Shown here piece by piece: positions 59,146 through 64,000 of a stretch of DNA of 64,000 nucleotides (its first letter is position 1; each line of letters opens with the position of its first letter). Source of the DNA: a bacterium (GTDB lineage Bacteria; DUMJ01); contig DUMJ01000025.1 of assembly GCA_012839925.1 (NCBI GenBank), forward strand, positions 8,797 to 72,796, written 5' to 3'. The notes beneath the pieces were generated by a model. The model did no database searches. It was not told where the DNA came from and worked only from the letters and a program-made list of their open reading frames with translations. The position numbers and the translations under genes are program-made.

Positions 59146-59149
59146 CAGA

Positions 59150-59713
59150 CTAGAAAACTATGGACCTCAATTTATCATCCTGTATAAACTTAAATACCAG
59201 CAGGTTACTTCTTTTTTCCTCTGTTGCACTGTCCTTTAGATTAAAGGATAAAATACCCGTATTTTCATCCACCATCATGGTCTTAATCCTACCAATGGGA
59301 ATATCTTCATATATCCCTATAATCTTTAGTCCTTCGGAGTATGAGGACGATTTAGTTTTAATCTCATACAATAATTTTGCCTTCATCTCATCAGGAATAG
59401 ATTTCCATAACACAGGACGTTTCTTTATAAACACGTTGTTTATAATTTCCATATTTGAGTTTACTTTCAAATTTATATTCACAGAGGCTGATAATATTTT
59501 ACCGATAAATCGCTCTGCTGGAGAAAATAAAATCTTTTCATCTATAACCCTGCCAGATACCTTTTCTATTCTATAGTCTAAAACTTTAGTATCTAAGGTT
59601 ATATCTAAACTTTTTACCTCTATACCATATATGGGTTGATCTATTATCTTTGGCTTGAAATTTGGACCCAAGATCCTGTATATTTCCCCTATGATCTCCG
59701 ATGCTCTCTCCAT
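59150..59713 (-). CDS. hypothetical protein (187 aa, no recognised motif)
   Basis: Long ORF, co-oriented with the upstream gene and overlapping it by 25 nt. Confidence 0.5.
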   Translation of the reverse strand: MERASEIIGEIYRILGPNFKPKIIDQPIYGIEVKSLDITLDTKVLDYRIEKVSGRVIDEKILFSPAERFIGKILSASVNINLKVNSNMEIINNVFIKKRPVLWKSIPDEMKAKLLYEIKTKSSSYSEGLKIIGIYEDIPIGRIKTMMVDENTGILSFNLKDSATEEKRSNLLVFKFIQDDKLRSIVF

Positions 59714-60231
59714 ATAAACCTTATCGCTTCTTCCAGCCTGGAAAATGGCTCCATTATATCAAAATTTTGTCCTACTTCTGTGAGAGTAGAGATAATCTCC
59801 GTTAATCTCTCCAGATACTTTTTTTCTATTCTTGCCCTTACAGGCATACCTGAATCTATCTGAATAATATATCCACCATCTTCCAGCTCCTTATATTCAC
59901 CCATACTGGTTAGCATATCACCTTTATATCTGCTTATAGAAATGACTGGAAAGGACCATTTAGATTCTTCCAAAAATGGTTCCTCTCTTACAAATAGAAG
60001 TACCGGTTTATGTTCCAGTGCATTAATTAGAGGTATTCCTACACTCTCGACCCTTATATATCTGTCTATAGTATTTCCATAAAGGAGTGTCTGCAGTTTT
60101 GACGGTTTTATTGGCTCTATATATTTAAATTCAACAGGGATACCCTTTTTATCAACTATTAAAACTCCACCAAGATAGGCAGGTCCTTCAAAAACACGAG
60201 TTGTAATATATCCCAATAACTCGCCATCCAT
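59689..60231 (-). CDS. hypothetical protein (180 aa, no recognised motif)
   Basis: Long ORF, 4 nt downstream of the PRC-barrel gene. Confidence 0.5.
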   Translation of the reverse strand: MDGELLGYITTRVFEGPAYLGGVLIVDKKGIPVEFKYIEPIKPSKLQTLLYGNTIDRYIRVESVGIPLINALEHKPVLLFVREEPFLEESKWSFPVISISRYKGDMLTSMGEYKELEDGGYIIQIDSGMPVRARIEKKYLERLTEIISTLTEVGQNFDIMEPFSRLEEAIRFIWREHRRS

Positions 60232-60235
60232 AATC

Positions 60236-60925
60236 TTACTGTTCTACAGAATTTATCAGTTCTTGCATTCTATTTAAACTTCGTATCATTTTTATCAACT
60301 GCTGAGTTACCACATCATCTTTAGATGCAATTACCGTTCCATCCTCAGATATGATATCTCTCGTCAATCTCTTACCTATAAGATAAGCAGACTGCCTGGC
60401 TTCAAAACTTAGCCCTTCTGTCTGAGTTTGCGCTAAATGCTCCTCTTTTTTATCTATAACTTTTGAACTTTTATCCTCTCCCAGATCTACCAATACCGCA
60501 AAGGAACCAAATGCAGTTATATTCTTTCTGGGGATTATATCTTCTCCTTGATATAATCTTATCCCTTCCAATGCCAGAGATTTATCATCTATTAATAACT
60601 CCTCCACTTTACCCAGCATCTCTCCTGTTACCGTATATACGGGTAAACCTCTCCATTCTACTCTATTCCCCAGCAGTTTAACTACATCTGTAAACTCTAC
60701 CACATCTCTAAGAGATTCTAAGGTGGTCAAAATAGCATTTTTACCCAATACTTCTATTCTCTCTCTTTCTATAAATTTCATACCTCTATACCAGTCTTTA
60801 TCTCTTACCAGAAAACCAACCCCTACCAATTCTTTAGAGTTCAATACCAGGTCATCCACCACTCCAAGATACTCTCCATTACAACTCAATACCGGAAGTC
60901 TTATAATCTCTTCCAACGAACGCAT
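60236..60925 (-). CDS. tandem PRC-barrel domain protein with extra C-terminal region
   Basis: Two PRC-barrel-like segments (PVLSCNGEYLGVVDDLVLN.. and PVYTVTGEMLGKVEELLID..) plus a tail of about 70 aa. Confidence 0.6.
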   Translation of the reverse strand: MRSLEEIIRLPVLSCNGEYLGVVDDLVLNSKELVGVGFLVRDKDWYRGMKFIERERIEVLGKNAILTTLESLRDVVEFTDVVKLLGNRVEWRGLPVYTVTGEMLGKVEELLIDDKSLALEGIRLYQGEDIIPRKNITAFGSFAVLVDLGEDKSSKVIDKKEEHLAQTQTEGLSFEARQSAYLIGKRLTRDIISEDGTVIASKDDVVTQQLIKMIRSLNRMQELINSVEQ

Positions 60926-60936
60926 CCTTTATCCTC

Positions 60937-61245
60937 CTATATTCTTACGTCTATCTTTTCTCCTAATCCAGCCTTATGTATCTCTTCGGTATCCATATCA
61001 GCCTTCTTATCATGTTCCTGTCCTGATTCTCTCCTACCGCTCTGTCTTCGTTCATTCTCATCGATATTTCTACTCTTATTACTCTCTTTAAAAGATTCCA
61101 CTTCACGTTGCCTTTGTTCTGTTATTTGCTTAAAATACATCTGAAACTGCTTCTGTACAGCTTCCGGGACCTGTCTCTGGACCTCTTTAATCCTCTCTAA
61201 ATCCTGAACCCTGAATACTACAGGTTGTATCTCTCCCGGATTCAT
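60937..61245 (-). CDS. hypothetical highly charged 102-aa protein
   Basis: ORF overlaps the fapA stop by 4 nt. Q/E/R/K-rich with no recognised family. Confidence 0.45.
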   Translation of the reverse strand: MNPGEIQPVVFRVQDLERIKEVQRQVPEAVQKQFQMYFKQITEQRQREVESFKESNKSRNIDENERRQSGRRESGQEHDKKADMDTEEIHKAGLGEKIDVRI

Positions 61246-62633
61246 ATTGAACGAAATTCAATCCTCCCTTCGTTATTATTAAATATAAAATACACCCTCT
61301 GCAATTCACTATCAACCATATAGGACTCTTCACCTACCCATATTCTTACACCAGGATATACTATCCCAAGAACTTCTATCTTTGCTTCATTTAAAAGATA
61401 CAGAGATTTTTCTCTTAACTCTTTAATCTTCAAGTCTCTGAGATTTAACTGTTCGATCAAGAGACGCTGAACTTCTCTAAGCTTATTAAGCTGAATCTTC
61501 CTTGCCTCTGGAAGACTATCCTCTCTCCCATAGCCAATAATATATTTTATATTAGTATTCACCTCTTCCAGTTTCTTCTTGAGGTCTTCTCTTTCTTTAA
61601 TAAGAGTCTCTATTTCTGACGATGTCCAGGGTTCTTTTCCAACCACCACTGTAGTGGCAGTTCCAAAAGGAGACCCTAACTGTGAAACAGAGATAGACCT
61701 AAGAGCAAAAATCCTACCGCCACAGATAACACCTTTACCAGAAGTTACTTTAATCTTTCCACCACATCTTATACTGCTATCTATTATAGCCTGTTCTACT
61801 ATAATATCTCCATATACATCTATTTCTGCATTTCTAATTATCTTTGCCAGAAGATTTCCTTTAACCTCTATCCTCCTTCCAGGCTCTCCATATATCCCTC
61901 TTCTTACTACAAGATTACCACCCACCCTTAGGTCAGCATTTTCAACATCTTCCCAGACCTCCAGATTCCCCTCACAACTCACGTTAAAATGACTTTTTAC
62001 TGTTCCCCTTACAAGGACATTACCGACAAAATCTATATTCCCGGTAGAGAAGTCGACATCCTTCTGTATTTCCAGTAGAGGAGATACAGAAATATTTCCT
62101 TCCCTTATATTTGGTACTCCAGATTTTGTGGCTATTAACATCAGTCCGTCTTCAGAGATCTCCGTATTTTTACCCCTGGGTAACCTTATATCCTTTCCTT
62201 TTTTTGGGGGTATAGGTTCCCCATCAACCCCTGTTCCTGGAACTCCCTCAGTGGGAGGGACTTTTACAGCAAGGATATCCCCCTGTGTCACATTCTCTAC
62301 AAAACCCAGGTCTCTTAAATCTACAGAACCATCGGGATTCTCCTTTGGTGTTAAATCTTTCCTCCCCAAAGATATCTTATATTCAATTATGGCATCTTTC
62401 CCATTCTCAGGAGGAATACCTTCAGCAATAAGAAAATCTTCTACCATCTGAAGCTTGACAATAGTTTGTATCAAATCTTCTTTTACTCCAAATCTCACAT
62501 TAGCTTTATCGAGAGCATCTCTTATATCTTCTTCAGATATTGAAGAATCATCCTCCGAAGGGGTTAAAGTGATAAAAGCCTTCAATCTATCCGGAGTTAC
62601 CCTTACCTTTATTCTATCTATGCCCTCACTCAT
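61242..62633 (-). CDS. fapA: FapA/DUF342 family (flagellar assembly protein A-like)
   Basis: N-terminal domain, beta-helix-like repeats, then a C-terminal coiled coil. Immediately downstream of fliA. Confidence 0.7.
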   Translation of the reverse strand: MSEGIDRIKVRVTPDRLKAFITLTPSEDDSSISEEDIRDALDKANVRFGVKEDLIQTIVKLQMVEDFLIAEGIPPENGKDAIIEYKISLGRKDLTPKENPDGSVDLRDLGFVENVTQGDILAVKVPPTEGVPGTGVDGEPIPPKKGKDIRLPRGKNTEISEDGLMLIATKSGVPNIREGNISVSPLLEIQKDVDFSTGNIDFVGNVLVRGTVKSHFNVSCEGNLEVWEDVENADLRVGGNLVVRRGIYGEPGRRIEVKGNLLAKIIRNAEIDVYGDIIVEQAIIDSSIRCGGKIKVTSGKGVICGGRIFALRSISVSQLGSPFGTATTVVVGKEPWTSSEIETLIKEREDLKKKLEEVNTNIKYIIGYGREDSLPEARKIQLNKLREVQRLLIEQLNLRDLKIKELREKSLYLLNEAKIEVLGIVYPGVRIWVGEESYMVDSELQRVYFIFNNNEGRIEFRSI

Positions 62634-63303
62634 TTTTTATAAACCCTCTCAACTTTAATATTATCTGACTATGAAGCTGTGATACTCTAGACTCTGTAAG
62701 ACCCAGTATACCTCCTATCTGTTTTAGAGTAAGACCCTCATAGTAGTATAAATTCAATATCTGCTTCTCCTTATCGGTTAATCTCTTTATAGCTTTGGCT
62801 AAAAGCTCCCCTTTCTCCTCTTCTATAATCTTCTCCTCTATAGTATCTCTATTATCAGCTATCTCCAGCCCCTTTTCCTCTAACAGTTCTTCTACTGAAG
62901 TGGTGATTACAGGGCTTATCTCCTCGAGCAAGGTCTGATAAGAGGATAAATCAATACCCAGTTTACTGGCTATCGCTTCTTCGCTGAAGTCTTCTCCCAG
63001 ACTATCTATAGCAGAAGTAACTCTCTTGATCTTTTCCCTCTGAGTCCTGGTAAATGTATCTTCTCTCCTCAACGCATCCTTTATAGCTCCAGTTATCCTC
63101 TTTACCGCATATACTTCAAACTTAACACCTTTATTTTTATCAAATCTCTCTATAGACTCCATCAACCCTATAACTCCCCAGTGGAATAAATCTTCTTTCG
63201 TTATAATATTCCCCTCTCTTATATAGAATCGGCTTACAACGTACTTTACTAAAGGAAGATACCTTAGAGCAAATTCTTCTTTCTCTTCTTTATTAAGCTT
63301 CAC
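62626..63303 (-). CDS. fliA: flagellar sigma factor FliA (sigma-28)
   Basis: GTG start; sigma-70 regions 2, 3 and 4 (..LTLKQIGGILGLTESRVSQLH..), about 225 aa. Confidence 0.9.
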   Translation of the reverse strand: MKLNKEEKEEFALRYLPLVKYVVSRFYIREGNIITKEDLFHWGVIGLMESIERFDKNKGVKFEVYAVKRITGAIKDALRREDTFTRTQREKIKRVTSAIDSLGEDFSEEAIASKLGIDLSSYQTLLEEISPVITTSVEELLEEKGLEIADNRDTIEEKIIEEEKGELLAKAIKRLTDKEKQILNLYYYEGLTLKQIGGILGLTESRVSQLHSQIILKLRGFIKNE

Positions 63304-63783
63304 TTAAATCTTTCTTTCTCCTCTTCCTATAGCCTTTATTTTTACTGTTCCATCTGATACATAGAATTCTATAGTCCTACCCATACTACCTCCAGTATCC
63401 TCTCCAACAATAGGAATCCCAAGGTCCTTTAATGTGTCTTTCGCTACTTCTACATTTCTTGCTCCGATATTTATCTTGTCTTCCCTGCCCTTTATACTGA
63501 ACATCTGGCTTCCTCCAGCTATTTTAGCCAGAAGACTGGACTTACTTGCCCCTAACCTTATCATCTCTTCCAATAAGAATGGTATACCAGTGCTTGCGAA
63601 TTTAGTTGGATTGGAGTTATCACTTACCTGTGGTCTTGGCAATAGAATATGCGCTAACCCACCCATCTTTTTAGATGAGTCATAAAGTGCTACTCCAACA
63701 CAAGATCCAAGCCCAAGGCATACCAGTACCCCATTTAGCTTTAGAACAGACCACTCTCCTATACCAACCACCACTCTGTCCAT
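63304..63783 (-). CDS. cheD: chemoreceptor glutamine deamidase CheD
   Basis: ..LGSCVGVAL.., MGGLAHILLP and GG... family pattern. Confidence 0.9.
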   Translation of the reverse strand: MDRVVVGIGEWSVLKLNGVLVCLGLGSCVGVALYDSSKKMGGLAHILLPRPQVSDNSNPTKFASTGIPFLLEEMIRLGASKSSLLAKIAGGSQMFSIKGREDKINIGARNVEVAKDTLKDLGIPIVGEDTGGSMGRTIEFYVSDGTVKIKAIGRGERKI

Positions 63784-63787
63784 CTCT

Positions 63788-64000
63788 CTATGAAGATACC
63801 CCTAATGCATTAAATATTTTTGAAAGGAACTCTGGTTTTGGGACAAAGATCATATATCCTTCAATAGTCTCTCCCTTAACAGTAAAATCCGTAACTATAA
63901 TTATTATAATATCATCTTCTGCCATCTCTATAGCCAGCGCATTATCAATAAGAGCTCCAACCATATCATAAGTACTGGCTGGTACAGTGGGTATAAGTTT
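63788..64000 (-). CDS. cheC: CheC-like phosphatase, C-terminal part (5' end outside window)
   Basis: Hand translation of the open minus frame gives ..MVGALIDNALAIEMAEDDIIIIIVTDFTVKGETIEGYMIFVPKPEFLSKIFNALGVSS*. This is CheC-like and lies upstream of cheD. Confidence 0.65.
   Translation of the reverse strand, partial: KLIPTVPASTYDMVGALIDNALAIEMAEDDIIIIIVTDFTVKGETIEGYMIFVPKPEFLSKIFNALGVSS

Noticed and set aside
1-64000. Mobile elements, prophage, defence islands, toxin-antitoxin pairs, secondary-metabolite clusters
   Set aside because: No integrase, transposase, recombinase, phage structural, restriction-modification, cas, or typical TA-sized gene pairs were found in any frame. The only mobile-like signal is the small repeat unit at 46803..47036.

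Overview
AT-rich, very gene-dense chromosomal segment: about 68 CDS, 2 tRNAs and 1 TPP riboswitch. Proteins are K/E/I-rich, which looks thermophile-like. Content is almost entirely core housekeeping with Firmicutes-like synteny. In order: (1) nucleoside salvage, pdp-punA divergent from tdk; (2) tdk-DUF1385-prfA-prmC-tsaC-rpiB-glyA; (3) two secreted enzymes; (4) a ~23-kb minus-strand run of ileS, dksA-like, lspA, lgt, rluD, amj, gatCAB, an LpxB-related glycosyltransferase, rlmD, dnaE, nadB, nadC, malic enzyme, GntR, yqeY and an ABC-2 exporter; (5) a peroxiredoxin, xylB, an 889-aa outer-membrane-type protein, nadA, DUF362 and ugd; (6) a riboswitch-controlled thiD-surE-thiM-thiE operon; (7) a PfkB kinase, tRNA-Met/Val, a zinc-ribbon protein and ppdK; (8) rimP-nusA-ylxR-infB-DUF503-rbfA-nrnA-truB-ribF; (9) the tail of a flagellar/chemotaxis operon, cheC-cheD-fliA-fapA plus four uncharacterised genes. 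I saw no CRISPR array, cas genes, transposase, integrase, phage genes or recognisable toxin/defence modules, so I cannot point to an obvious novel system. The most interesting items are: a divergent SurE phosphatase translationally coupled inside the TPP-riboswitch thiamine operon; an HExxH + beta-propeller + Omp85-like barrel fusion protein; four unknown genes co-oriented with and closely following fliA-fapA; two conserved genes (ylxR and the LpxB-related glycosyltransferase) whose conserved N-termini lie upstream of any ATG/GTG/TTG; a structured rimP leader; a MITE-like repeat unit; and a pair of GC-rich repeat hairpins at a synteny break after ribF. All product calls come from motif and family recognition by eye; no database search was run.
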